A stretch of DNA of 64,000 nt from Octopus sinensis. Taxonomy: Eukaryota. The translations under genes and the position numbers were made by a program. The stretch lies in contig NC_043023.1 in NCBI RefSeq assembly GCF_006345805.1, positions 9,858,001 through 9,922,000 of the forward strand, read 5' to 3'. The notes below the pieces were generated by a model, which worked only from the letters and a program-made list of their open reading frames with translations, searched no databases and was not told the DNA's origin. Shown here piece after piece: positions 37,139 through 49,039 of this stretch (positions are counted from its first letter, which is position 1; each line of letters begins with the position of its first letter).

Positions 37139-37986
37139 CGGCAATCTTTCGTCTCTAGTAGACCTTTCCGTCGATTTCCGTAAAAAAAATTTTTTTTTTT
37201 TTTACAGGCGCAGGAGTGGCTGTGTGGTAAGTAGCTTGCTAACCAACCACATGGTTCCGGGTTCAGTCCCACTGCGTGGCACCTTGGGCGAATGTCTTCT
37301 GCTATAGCCCCGGGCCGACCAATGCCTTGTGAGTGGAATTGGTAGACGGAAACTGAAAGAAGCCCGTCGTATATATGTATATATATGTATATATATATGT
37401 GTGTGTGTGCGTGTATGTTTGTGTGTCTGTGTTTGTCCGCCTAGCATTGCTTGACAACCGATGCTGGTGTGTTTATGTCCTTGTCACTTAGCGGTTCGGC
37501 AAAAGCGACCGATAGAATCAGTACTGGGCTTACAAAGAATAAGTCCCGGGGTCGACTTGCTCGACTAAAGGCGGTGCTCCAGCATGGCCGCAGTCAAATG
37601 ATTGAAACAAGTAAAAGAGTAAAAGAGTATATGGGTTTGCGGGAACTTTTGAAGTAATGAGAGCGAAAGAGACTAAGAGAAAGCGATTGTATGACGAGGG
37701 AAGTTCTTTTGAAGTTACCGTGCATGGGAAGCATTGATGTAGATGTGTGTGTGTGTTTGATGGGTGTGTGGGAGACAGTATGTTGTGTAAGTGAAGTGCT
37801 TCTGTTAGTGTGTGTGAAGAGACAGAGTAATGTGTGAAAGAAAGAGATAACTGAAAGTTTTTACTCGGTGTATGTGTATATGTATGTATATTACTTCAAA
37901 AGTTCCCGCAAGCCCATATGTAAAAAAAAAAAAAATTTTTTTACGGAAATCGACGGAAAGGTCTACTAGAGACGAAAGATCGCCGG
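37139..37986. mobile_element. Nested structure: 66-bp-arm foldback containing a family-A SINE (37207-37628) and a second 30-bp-arm foldback (37630-37919)
   Basis: Arms at 37139-37205/37920-37986 and 37630-37659/37889-37919 are reverse complements. Confidence 0.8.
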
Positions 37987-38037
37987 TTTATTCATATATT
38001 CCACTCTATCATTGTTTCGAGCAGACAAGTTGACGGT

Positions 38038-38700
38038 ACTATTTAAGAAGAGTGGTTACGGTGTGCGCACTCGCAAAACACGCGCATCCGCACTAGCTAG
38101 TCGTGACTAGTCGATCCTTACGTTGTTTTTTTTTTGTGTTTTATTTACTTTACTCTTTTACTTGTTTCAGTCATTTGACTGCGGCCATGCTGGAGCACCG
38201 CCTTTAGTCGAGCAAATCGACCCCAGGACTTATTCTTTGTAAGCCTAGTACTTATTCTATCGGATCTCTTTTGCCGAACCGCTAAGTGACGGGGACGTAA
38301 ACACACCAGCATCGGTTGTCAAGAAATGCTAGGGGGACAAACACAGACACACAAACATACACATATGTATATACATATATACGACAGGCTTCTTTCAGTT
38401 TCCGTCTACCAAATCCGCTCACAAGGCATTGGTCGGCCTGGGGCTATAGCAGAAGACACTTGCCCAAGGTGCCACGCAGTGGGACTGAACCCGGAACCAT
38501 GTGGTTGGTAGGCAAGCTAATTTACCACACAACCACTCCTGCGCCTACTTTGTTTAAATAAATTATTTACTTGGTGAAAAATAAATTATTTATTTTGTAT
38601 TTTATTTACTTTGCTAGGTGGTCGTTGTAGGATCGACTAGTCACGACTAGCTAGCAAGGATGCACGAGTGCACGCACCGGGACCACTCTTCTTTAATAGT
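38038..38700. mobile_element. Foldback element interrupted by a family-A SINE (38146-38545, -)
   Basis: ACTATTTAAGAAGAGTGG...CTAGTCGTGACTAGTCGATCCT is inverted relative to 38628-38700. Confidence 0.75.
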
Positions 38701-38709
38701 ACCCAAGTT

Positions 38710-41700
38710 GGATCTTTTCCGTTTGAACGGCAGTTTTTTCTAGCGGTGTCATATGAAATTGTCACCCATAATTATGACCCTAGTATCGATCTATTGCATT
38801 TCAATCTGTTTTAGGGTTAGGGTTAGAGGTGGGGGGAAGGGTATCTTTTTTTTTCTTCAGAAATGTAAATAAACCCAATCTGTTTCTTAAACGAGGGACA
38901 TATTCATACGGCACAGAATATTTTTTACCTCAATAGACGTCATTGATTGGTTGAAATTGCAGAAACTGAAGAAAAAAAACAACAAATATCTTACAAACTA
39001 TAGAATTTTCTCAATAAAGCCAAGAGAAAAAGATGTTTTATAAACACATTCTACCAGTATACGAAGTTTAAAAGTGTTTAGTTACGTGGAAATTATTTTA
39101 AAAAACTGCCGTTCAAACCGAAAAGATCCCTTTTTTCTTCAGCAATGTAAATAAACCCAATCTGTTTCTTAAACGAGGGACATATTTATACAGCACAGAA
39201 TGTTTTTACCTCAATGGACGTCAGTGATTGGTTGAAATTGCAGAAATTGAAGAAAAAAAAACAACAAATATCTTACAAACCATAGAATTTCCTCAATAAA
39301 GCCAAGAGAAAAAGATGTTTTATAAATACATTCTACCAGTATACGAAGTTTAAAAGTGTTTAGTTACGTGGAAATTATTTTAAAAAACTGCCGTTCAAAC
39401 GGAAAAGATCCCAAATATCTTACAAACCATAGAATTTTCTCAATAAAGCCAAGAGAAAAAGATGTTTTATAAACACATTCTACCAGTATACGAAGTTTAA
39501 AAGTGTTTAGTTACGTGGAAATTATTTTAAAAACTGCCGTTCAAACGGAAAAGATCCCAAATATCTTACAAACCATAGAATTTTCTCAATAAAGCCAAGA
39601 GAAACAGATGTTTTATAAACACATTCTACCAGTATACGAAGTTTAAAAGTGTTTAGTTACGTGGAACTTATTTTAAAAAACTGCCGTTCAAACGGAAAAG
39701 ATCCCAAATATCTTACAAACCATAGAATTTTCTCAATAAAGCCAAGAGAAACAGATGTTTTATAAACACATTCTACCAGTATACGAAGTTTAAAAGTGTT
39801 TAGTTACCTAGAAATTATTTTAAAAAACTACCGTTCAAACGGAAAAGATCCCAAATATCTTACAAACCATAGAATTTTCTCAATAAAGCCAAGAGAAAAA
39901 GATGTTTTATAAACACATTCTACCAGTATACGAAGTTTAAAAGTGTTTAGTTACGTGGAAATTATTTTAAAAAACTACCGTTCAAACGGAAAAGATCTCA
40001 AATATCTTACAAACCGTGGAATTTTCTCAATAAAGCCAAGAGAAAAAGATGTTTTATAAACACATTCTACCAGTGTACGAAGTTTAAAAGTGTTTAGTTA
40101 CCTAGAAATTATTTTGAAAAACTACCGTTCAAACGGAAAAGATCCCAAATATCTTACAAACCATAGAATTTTCTCAATAAAGCCAAGAGAAAAAGATGTT
40201 TTATAAACACATTCTACCAGTATACGAAGTTTAAAAGTGTTTAGTTACGTGGAAATTATTTTAAAAAACTGCCGGTCAAACTGAAAAGACCCAAATATCT
40301 TACAAACATAGAATTTTCTCAATAAGCCAGAGAAACAGATGTTTTATAAACACATTCTACCAGTATACGAAGTTTAAAAGTGTTAGTTACCTAGAAATTA
40401 TTTTAAAAAACTACCGTTCAAACGGAAATGATCCCAAATATCTTACAAACCATAGAATTTTCTCAATAAAGCCAAGAGAAAAAGATGTTTGATAAACACA
40501 TTCTACCAGTATACGAAGTTTAAAAGTGGTTTAGTTACGTGGAAATTATTTTAAAAAACTACCGTTCAACGGAAAAAGATCCCAAATATCTTACAAACCA
40601 TAGAATTTTCTCAATAAAGCCAAGAGAAAAAGAAAAAGATGTTTTATAAACACATTCTACAGTATACGAAGTTTAAAAGTGTTTAGTTACCTAGAAATTA
40701 TTTTAAAAAACTACCGTTCAAACGGAAAAGATCCCAAATATCTTACAAACCATAGAATTTTCTCAATAAAGCCAAGAGAAAAAGATGTTTTATAAACACA
40801 TTCTACCAGTATACGAAGTTTAAAAGTGTTTAGTTATGTGGAAATTATTTTAAAAAACTGCCGGTCAAACTGAAAAGACCCAAATATCTTACAAACAATG
40901 GAATTTTCTCAATAAAGCCAAGAGAAAAAGATGTTTTATAAACACATTCTACCAGTATACGAAGTTTAAAAGTGTTTAGTTACGTGGAAATTATTTTAAA
41001 AAACTACCGTTCAAATGGAAATGATCCCAAATATCTTACAAACCATAGAATTTTCTCAATAAAGCCAAGAGAAAAAGATGTTTTATAAACACATTCTACC
41101 AGTATACGAAGTTTAAAAGTGTTTAGTTACCCAGAAATTATTTTAAAAAACTACCGTTCAAACGGAAAAGATCCCAAATATCTTACAAACCATAGAATTT
41201 TCTCAATAAAGCCAAGAGAAAAAGATATTTTATAAACACATTCTACCAGTATACGAAGTTTAAAAGTGTTTAGTTACGTGGAAATTATTTTAAAAAACTA
41301 CCGTTCAAATGGAAAAGATCCCAAATATCTTACAAACCATAGAATTTTCTCAATAAAGCCAAGAGAAAAAGATGTTTTATAAACACATTCTACCAGTATA
41401 CGAAGTTTAAAAGTGTTTAGTTACGTGGAAATTATTTTAAAAAACTACCGTTCAAACGGAAAAGATCCCAAATATCTTACAAACCATAGAATTTTCTCAA
41501 TAAAGCCAAGAGAAAAAGATGTTTTATAAACACATTCTACCAGTATACGAAGTTTAAAAGTGTTTAGTTACCTAGAAATTATTTTAAAAAACTACCTTTC
41601 AAACGGTAAAGATCCCAAATATCTTACAAACCATAGAATTTTCTCAATAAAGCCAAGAGAAAAAGATGTTTTATAAACACATTCTACCAGTATACGAAGT

Positions 41701-42920
41701 TTAAAAGTGTTTAGTTACGTGGAAATTATTTTTAAAAACTGCCGGTCAAACCGAAAAGACCCAAATATCTTACAAACTATAGAATTTTCTCAATAAAGCC
41801 AAGAGAAAAAGATGTTTTATAAACACATTCTACCAGTATACGAAGTTTAAAAGTGTTTAGTTACGTGGAAATTATTTTAAAAAACTACCGTTCAAACGGA
41901 AAAGATCCCAAATATCTTACAAACCATAGAATTTTCTCAATAAAGCCAAGAGAAAAAGATGTGTTATAAACACATCTACCAGTATACGAAGTTTAAAAGT
42001 GTTTAGTTACCTAGAAATTATTTTAAAAAACTACGTTCAAACGGAAAAGATCCCAAATATCTTACAAACCATAGAATTTTCTCAATAAAGCCAAGAGAAA
42101 AAGATGTTTTTTATAAACACATTCTACCAGTATACGAAGTTTAAAAGTGTTTAGTTACGTGGAAATTATTTTAAAAACTGCCGGTCAAACCGAAAAGACC
42201 CAAATATCTTACAAACTATAGAATTTTCTCAATAAAGCCAAGAGAAAAAGATGTTTTATAAACACATTCTCACAGTATACGAAGTTAAAAGTGTTTAGTT
42301 ACGTGGAAATTATTTTAAAAAACTACCGTTCCAAACGAAAAGATCCAAATATCTTACAAACCATAGAATTTTCTCAATAAGCCAAGAGAAAAAGATGTGT
42401 TATAAACACATTTCTACAGTATACGAAGTTTAAAAGTGTTTGTTTAGTTACCTAGAAATTATTTTAAAAAAGCCGGTAAAACGAAAAGACCCAAATATCC
42501 ACACAACTATAGAATTTTCTCAATAAACAAGAGAAAAAGATGTTTTATGAACACATTCTACCAGTATACGAAGTTTAAAAGTGTTTAGTTATGTGGAAAT
42601 TATGTTAAAAACTGCCGTTCAAACTGAAAAGATCCCTTTTTTCTTCAGCAATGTAAATAAACCCAATCTGTTTCTTAAACGAGGGGCATATTCATACGGC
42701 ACAGAATGTTTTTTTTTACCTCAATAGACGTCAGTGATTGGTTGAAATTGCAGAAATTGAAGAAAAAAAACAACAAATATCTTACAAACTGTAGAATTTT
42801 CTCAATAAAGCCAAGAGAAAAAGATGTCTTATAAACACATTCTACCAGTATACGAAGTTTAAAAGTGTTTAGTTACGTGGAAATTATGTTAAAAAACTGC
42901 CGTTCAAACCGAAAAGATCC
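38710..42920 (+). repeat. GGATC-MITE-derived array: one full MITE, a 283-bp part, 22 x 147-bp right ends, and another 283-bp part
   Basis: Every unit ends in the TIR CCGTTCAAACGGAAAAGATCC; ends counted from 39557 to 42635. Confidence 0.93.
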
Positions 42921-43074
42921 TTCAAAATTTGTTATTCTTCTTGACAAACTCTTAGAAGAAAAGGAATTTCAAGAATGCCTTTTATCACAAATCTTCTCAA
43001 AATTTCAAAGTAAACTAAGGGAGACCAGTCATGTCTTATTTATAATTCTGTTTAAACGATTGAATTTGGATTTA

Positions 43075-43861
43075 ATCTCTCTATATATAAAGCTGAAGTT
43101 GTCTGTGTGTGGCAGGTTTGGTAGCCTTCAACTAACCCCATCTCCTCCGAGACCCTGCGGCGCAAGTTGACCAAAATTGAGAGTATGATAGAAGAAGGCT
43201 TGCTCTTCCTTCCGTAGAAGAAAAAATTCAAATCAGACAATGTTAATACCAAAAATTATTTACATCAAAAAGGTGCTTTTTTTTCTATGAAAATCCTGTT
43301 TTATTTACAATTTTTTGACTGCTGTGTCACCATTTTTCGGTGTATTTCAACCAGAAAAATGTTCACTTAAAGAGAATAACAAGCTACATAATGCAAAAGT
43401 TTTGCTTTTCAAAAATTCCAATTCTAAAGGGTCGAAGCAAACCCGAGCAATGCCAGGCGATACTGCTAGTCTATATATATAAAGCTGAAGTTATCTGTGT
43501 ATGGCAGGTTTGGTAGCCTTCAACTAATACCATCTCCTCCGAGACCCTACTGCGCAAGTTGGCCAAAATTGAGAGTTTGATAGAAGAAGGCTTGCTGTTC
43601 CTTCCATAGAAGAAAAAATTCAAATTGGACCATGTTAACACCAAAAATTATTTACATCAAAAAGGTGCTTTTTTTTCTATGAAAATCCTGTTTTTTTTAC
43701 AATTTTTTGACTGCTGTGTCGCCATTTTTCCGTGTATTTCAACCAGAAAAATGTTCACTTAAAGAGAATAACAAGCTACATAATGCAAAATTTTTACTTT
43801 TCAAAAATTCCAATTCTAAAGGGTCGAAACAAACCTGAGCGACGCCGGGCGATACTGCTAG
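43075..43861 (+). mobile_element. Helitron H2 perfect head-to-tail dimer
   Basis: Junction TACTGCTAG|TCTATATATATAAAG at 43469/43470; ends CTAG|T at 43861. Confidence 0.88.
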
Positions 43862-44027
43862 TGGTAGATAAGGGCATACTTTCGATTTGACTTGATTTTT
43901 CCCAACAAAAAACTCGGTGATTTCTGTGAACATGTGCTGTCCTGTCAACTTCTAAGTTGACGAAATGGAATGAGAAAGCTAATGGGCTGTATGTGCGTAT
44001 GTGCTTGTTTGTTCTTTGTGTGCGTGT

Positions 44028-46076
44028 GTGGAGGTGCGTGGCTTAGTGGTTAGGGTGTCAGCATCATGATTGTAAGATTGTGGTTTCAATTCCTGGACTG
44101 GGCGACGCGTTGTGTTCTTGAGCAAAACACTTCATTTCACGTTGCTCAAGTCCACTCAGCTGGCAAAAATGACTAATGCTGTGATGGACTGGCGTCCCTG
44201 TGGAGGCACGTGGCTTAGTGGTTAGGGTGTCAGCATCATGATTGTAAGATTGTGGTTTCAATTCCTGGACCGGGCGACGCGTTGTGTTCTTGAGCAAAAC
44301 ACTTCATTTCACATTGCTCCAGTCCACTCAGCTGGCAAAAATGAGTAACGCTGCGATGGACTGGCGTCCCTGTGGAGGCACGTGGCTTAGTGGTTAGGGT
44401 GTCAGCATCATGATTGTAAGATTGTGGTTTCAATTCCTGGACTGGGCGACGCGTTGTGTTCTTGAGCAAAACACTTCATTTCACATTGCTCCAGTCCACT
44501 CAGCTGGCAAAAATGAGTAACGCTGCGATGGACTGGCGTCCCTGTGGAGGCACGTGGCTTAGTGGTTAGGGTGTCAGCATCATGATTGTAAGATTGTGGT
44601 TTCAATTCCTGGACTGGGCGACGCGTTGTGTTCTTGAGCAAAACACTTCATTTCACGTTGCTCCAGTCCACTCAGCTGGCAAAAATGACTAATGCTGCGA
44701 TGGACTGGCGTCCCTGTGGAGGCACGTGGCTTAGTGTTAGGGTGTCAGCATCATGATTGTAAGATTGTGGTTTCAATTCCTGGACTGGGCGACGCGTTGT
44801 GTTCTTGAGCAAAACACTTCATTTCACATTGCTCCAGTCCACTCAGCTGGCAAAAATGACTAATGCTGCGATGGACTGGCGTCCCTGTGGAGGCACGTGG
44901 CTTAGTGGTTAGGGTGTCAGCATCATGATTGTAAGATTGTGGTTTCAATTCCTGGACTGGGCGACGCGTTGTGTTCTTGAGCAAAACACTTCATTTCACG
45001 TTGCTCCAGTCCACTCAGCTGGCAAAAATGACTAATGCTGCGATGGACTGGCGTCCCTGTGGAGGCACGTGGCTTAGTGGTTAGGGTGTCAGCATCATGA
45101 TTGTAAGATTGTGGTTTCAATTCCTGGACTGGGCGACGCGTTGTGTTCTTGAGCAAAACACTTCATTTCACGTTGCTCCAGTCCACTCAGCTGGCAAAAA
45201 TGACTAATGCTGCGATGGACTGGCGTCCTGTGGAGGCACGTGGCTTAGTGGTTAGGGTGTCAGCATCATGATTGTAAGATTGTGGTTTCAATTCCTGGAC
45301 TGGGCGACGCGTTGTGTTCTTGAGCAAAACACTTCATTTCACGTTGCTCCAGTCCACTCAGCTGGCAAAAATGACTAATGCTGCGATGGACTGGCGTCCC
45401 TGTGGAGGCACGTGGCTTAGTGGTTAGGGTGTCAGCATCATGATTGTAAGATTGTGGTTTCAATTCCTGGACTGGGCGACGCGTTGTGTTCTTGAGCAAA
45501 ACACTTCATTTCACATTGCTCCAGTCCACTCAGCTGGCAAAAATGAGTAACGCTGCGATGGACTGGCGTCCCTGTGGAGGCACGTGGCTTAGTGGTTAGG
45601 GTGTCAGCATCATGATTGTAAGATTGTGGTTTCAATTCCTGGACTGGGCGACGCGTTGTGTTCTTGAGCAAAACACTTCATTTCACGTTGCTCCAGTCCA
45701 CTCAGCTGGCAAAAATGACTAATGCTGCGATGGACTGGCGTCCCTGTGGAGGCACGTGGCTTAGTGGTTAGGGTGTCAGCATCATGATTGTAAGATTGTG
45801 GTTTCAATTCCTGGACTGGGCGACGCGTTGTGTTCTTGAGCAAAACACTTCATTCACATTGCTCCAGTCCACTCAGCTGGCAAAAATGAGTAACGCTGCG
45901 ATGGACTGGCGTCCCTGTGGAGGCACGTGGCTTAGTGGTTAGGGTGTTCAGCATCATGATTGTAAGATTGTGGTTTCAATTCCTGGACTGGGCGACGCGT
46001 TGTGTTCTTGAGCAAAACACTTCATTTCACATTGCTCCAGTCCACTCAGCTGGCAAAAATGAGTAACGCTGCGATG
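44028..46076 (+). repeat. 12 x 172-bp tandem array of a family-B SINE 5' portion
   Basis: Unit starts at 44028, 44200, 44372, 44544, 44716, 44887, 45059, 45230, 45402, 45574, 45746, 45917. Confidence 0.95.
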
Positions 46077-46305
46077 TGTGTGCGTGCTTGTTCTTTGTGT
46101 GTGTGTGTGTGTGTGTATGTGTGTGTGTGCTTGTTCTTGTGTGTGTGCGTGCGCAAGCTTGTTCCCGTGTGTGTACAGCTGGTATTGCTGAATATATAAA
46201 CTTTAGAATCAGGTGTAATTAAACCAATAAAAATTTTAGTAATCTTTATGGTAATAGTTTATTGCTAAAAAATTGGTATTACAAACTATTCATGATTAAT
46301 GATAT

Positions 46306-47260
46306 GTGCAGGAGTGGCTGTGTGGTAAGTAGCTTGCTAACCAACCACATGGTTCCGGGTTCAATCCCACTGCGTGGCACCTTGTGCAAGTGTCTTCTGC
46401 TATAGCCCCAGGCCGACCAATGCCTTGTGAGTGGATTTGGTAGACGGAAACTGAAAGAAGCCCATCGTATATATGTATATATATATATATGTATCTGTGT
46501 GTTTGTGTGTCTGTGTTTGTCTCCCTAGCATTGCTTGACAACCGATGCTTGTGTGTTTACGTCTCCGTCACTTAGCGGTTCGGCAAAAGAGATTGATAGA
46601 ATACGTACTGGGCTTACAAAGAATAAGTCCTGGGGTCGATTTGCTCGACTAAAGGCGGTGCTCCATCATGGCCACAGTCAAATGACTGAAACAAGTAAAA
46701 GAGTAAACTTAGCAGTTCAGCAAAAGAGACCGATAGAATAAGTACTGGGCTTACAAAGAATAAGTCCTGGGGTCGATTTGCTCGACTAAAGGCGGTGCTC
46801 CATCATGGCCACAGTCAAATGACTGAAACAAGTAAAAGAGTAAACTTAGCAGTTCAGCAAAAGAGACCGATAGAATAAGTACTGGGCTTACAAAGAATAA
46901 GTCCTGGGGTCGATTTGCTCGACTAAAGGCGGTGCTCCATCATGGCCACAGTCAAATGACTGAAACAAGTAAAAGAGTAAACTTAGCAGTTCAGCAAAAG
47001 AGACCGATAGAATAAGTACTAGGCTTACAAAGAATAAGTCCCGGGGTCGATTTGCCCGACTAAAGGCGGTGCACCAGCATGGCCACAGTCAAATGACTGA
47101 AACAAGTAAAAGAGTAAACTTAACGGTTCGGCAAAAGAGACTGATAGAATAAGTACTAGGTTTACAAAGAATAAGTCCTGGGGTCGATTTGCTCGACTAA
47201 AGGCGGTGCTCCAGCATGGCCGCAGTCAAATGACTGAAACAAGTAAAAGAGTAAAAGAGT
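46306..47260 (+). mobile_element. Family-A SINE whose 137-bp 3' part is repeated 5 times
   Basis: GAGTAAA|CTTA junctions near 46707, 46844, 46981, 47118. Confidence 0.9.
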
Positions 47261-47388
47261 TGGTGAATAAAGTACATCCCCATTTTATTTTAACAATCAA
47301 ATATGTATCTGAGTAAAATGAGTTGACTGGTAATACCGGGAAAGCAGGGGCTATTCCCAGTTCCTGTTTACCATTACACCGTTCCATG

Positions 47389-47803
47389 GGATCTTTTCGG
47401 TTTGAATGGCAGTTTTTTCTAGCGGTGTCATATGAAATTGTCACCCATAATTATGACCCTAGTATCGATCTATTGCATTTCAATCTGTTTTAGGGTTAGG
47501 GCTAGGGGTGGGGGAAAGGGTATCTTTTTTCTTCACAAATGTAAATAAACCCAATCTGTTTCTTAAACGAGGGACATATTCATACGGCACAAATTGTTTT
47601 CACCTCAATAGACGTCATTGATTGGTTGAAATTGCAGACATTGAAGAAAAAGAACAACAAATATCTTACAAACTATAGAATTTTCTCAATAAAGCCAAGA
47701 GAAAAAGATGTTTTATAAACACATTCTAACAGTATACGAAGTTTAAAAGTGTTTAGTTACGTGGAAATTATTTAAAAAACTGCCGGTCAAACCGAAAAGA
47801 TTC
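47389..47803. mobile_element. GGATC MITE (415 bp) with 9-bp TSD, Mutator-like
   Basis: ~28-bp TIR GGATCTTTTCGGTTTGA..GGCAGTTTTT; CGTTCCATG at 47380-47388 and 47804-47812. Confidence 0.85.
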
Positions 47804-47839
47804 CGTTCCATGTCCTATCCCGCTTCCTGTTCAGTTCCC

Positions 47840-47945
47840 ATCTTTGAGCACAGAGTCAATTCACTTGTAGCCGCAATGCTCACCAGGCAGCTGATCCAGG
47901 AGTCTGATGTTCAAATCATCCTGTCTCATTCTTTGGCACAAAGTT
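47840..47945 (-). pseudogene. Decayed Helitron Pif1-helicase fragment
   Basis: VPKNET-(frameshift)-DDLNIRLLDQLPGEHCGYK*IDSV resembles Helitron ILAPKN..V..IN..IL..LPG....YKSIDSV (recalled consensus). Confidence 0.65.
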
Positions 47946-48021
47946 ATCACCTGTTCTGAGGGCAGCCTTGAGCCTGACAACGTTCCTGTGTGCATTAGCT
48001 GCTGCAGCTTGGGCTGTCTCG

Positions 48022-48336
48022 TCAAATCTCTGTCTTAGCCTTCTTGCAGACACATCTTGAGATTCTCTTGTTCGTTGGTGTGACCCTCTGATTTATTAAG
48101 ACAAGCTTCTCTTTCACTTTGCCCATCTTTGCCTGTCTTGCTCTTTGATGGGCAGCTCTATCTGCACTTAGGCGTGCTTCTCTCTCTGCAGCCGTCTCCG
48201 CTTGTCTTGCTCTTTTACGTGCTGCCCTATCTGCGCTTAGGCGTGCCTCTCTCTCTACGGCTGTCTCCGCTTGCCTCGCTTTTTTACGTGCTGCCCTGTC
48301 TGCACTTAGGCGAGCTTCTCTCTCTGCAGCCGTCTC
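48022..48336 (-). CDS. STPR-like repeat protein, coding exon 2
   Basis: Acceptor TTCATTTTTTTTTTATTTCATCAG|GAG; ETAAEREARLSADRAARKKARQA x3; stop TGA at 48024-48022. Confidence 0.7.
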   Translation of the reverse strand, partial: ETAAEREARLSADRAARKKARQAETAVEREARLSADRAARKRARQAETAAEREARLSADRAAHQRARQAKMGKVKEKLVLINQRVTPTNKRISRCVCKKAKTEI

Positions 48337-48389
48337 CTGATGAAATAAAAAAAAAATGAAAATTAATTTTACTTGTATAGATTTCGTTA

Positions 48390-48852
48390 CTGTATAGATT
48401 TTGAGATGCTCTGTGTTCCTTTCAATTACTTTAAATATAACAAAGAATTTAGTAAAATAACTTAGTTATCATTAAGCTAGTGTTAGCAACATAAATTGTG
48501 ACTCAGGTGGAAAATTTAATTCAGAACTTTTGAAAACAAGACATTTGCCCTATGGAGTCCAGAGGCGGTTTCAGTTGGGTTGGTATCAAAAGGGTTAAGA
48601 ATTGTTTCTCTATTATATATTTTAACCCTTTCGTTACCATACTTCTGTTGAGATGTTCTGTGTTTCTGTCAATTAATTTTAAATATAACAAAGAATTTAG
48701 TAAAATAACTTAGTTATCATTCAGCTAGTGTTGGGAACATAAATTGTGACTAAGGTTTGGTGGAAGATTTTAATTCAGCACTTATGAAAACAAGACATTT
48801 GTACTACGGAACCCAGAGGCAGTTTCAGGCAGGTTGGTAATGAAAGGGTGAA
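48390..48852. mobile_element. Diverged dimer of the piggyBac-like MITE
   Basis: AAGGG|TTAA GAATTGTTTCTCTATTATATATT TTAA|CCCTT junction, as in the 54.6-56.9 kb array. Confidence 0.8.
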
Positions 48853-49039
48853 ACATATGATTTCAAAAATTGGTTGATTTTAGTGAAACAAAACTTGTGG
48901 GGGTATACAGTAGGATAATAAAAACCCGGATTACTGAAATTCTTTACCCTTTAAACATTTGCTCCCTTTGATCATACTTATGTGGGTAACACAGGATGGA
49001 AACCTGGGAGCTGTGTGGCATGAGATGGTTCAGTTATCG

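Noticed and set aside
38701-42929. TSD for the whole 4.2-kb MITE array
   Set aside because: Flanks ACCCAAGTT and TTCAAAATT do not match, so transposition as one unit is unsupported
44028-46076. tRNA gene cluster, and eight 77-aa ORFs
   Set aside because: The heads lack a proper acceptor stem and run into SINE core sequence; the ORFs are antisense SINE readings
48275-48295. Shared origin of the STPR repeat and the family-D core (GCACGTAAAAA)
   Set aside because: An 11-bp match only, with no flanking similarity; likely chance
48129-48359. + strand 76-aa ORF
   Set aside because: Antisense shadow of the STPR exon; synonymous-change bias and splice sites support the - strand
48330-48375. Hammerhead-like CTGATGA...GAAAATTAATT
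   Set aside because: No stem I or stem II; it is the reverse complement of the acceptor's pyrimidine tract
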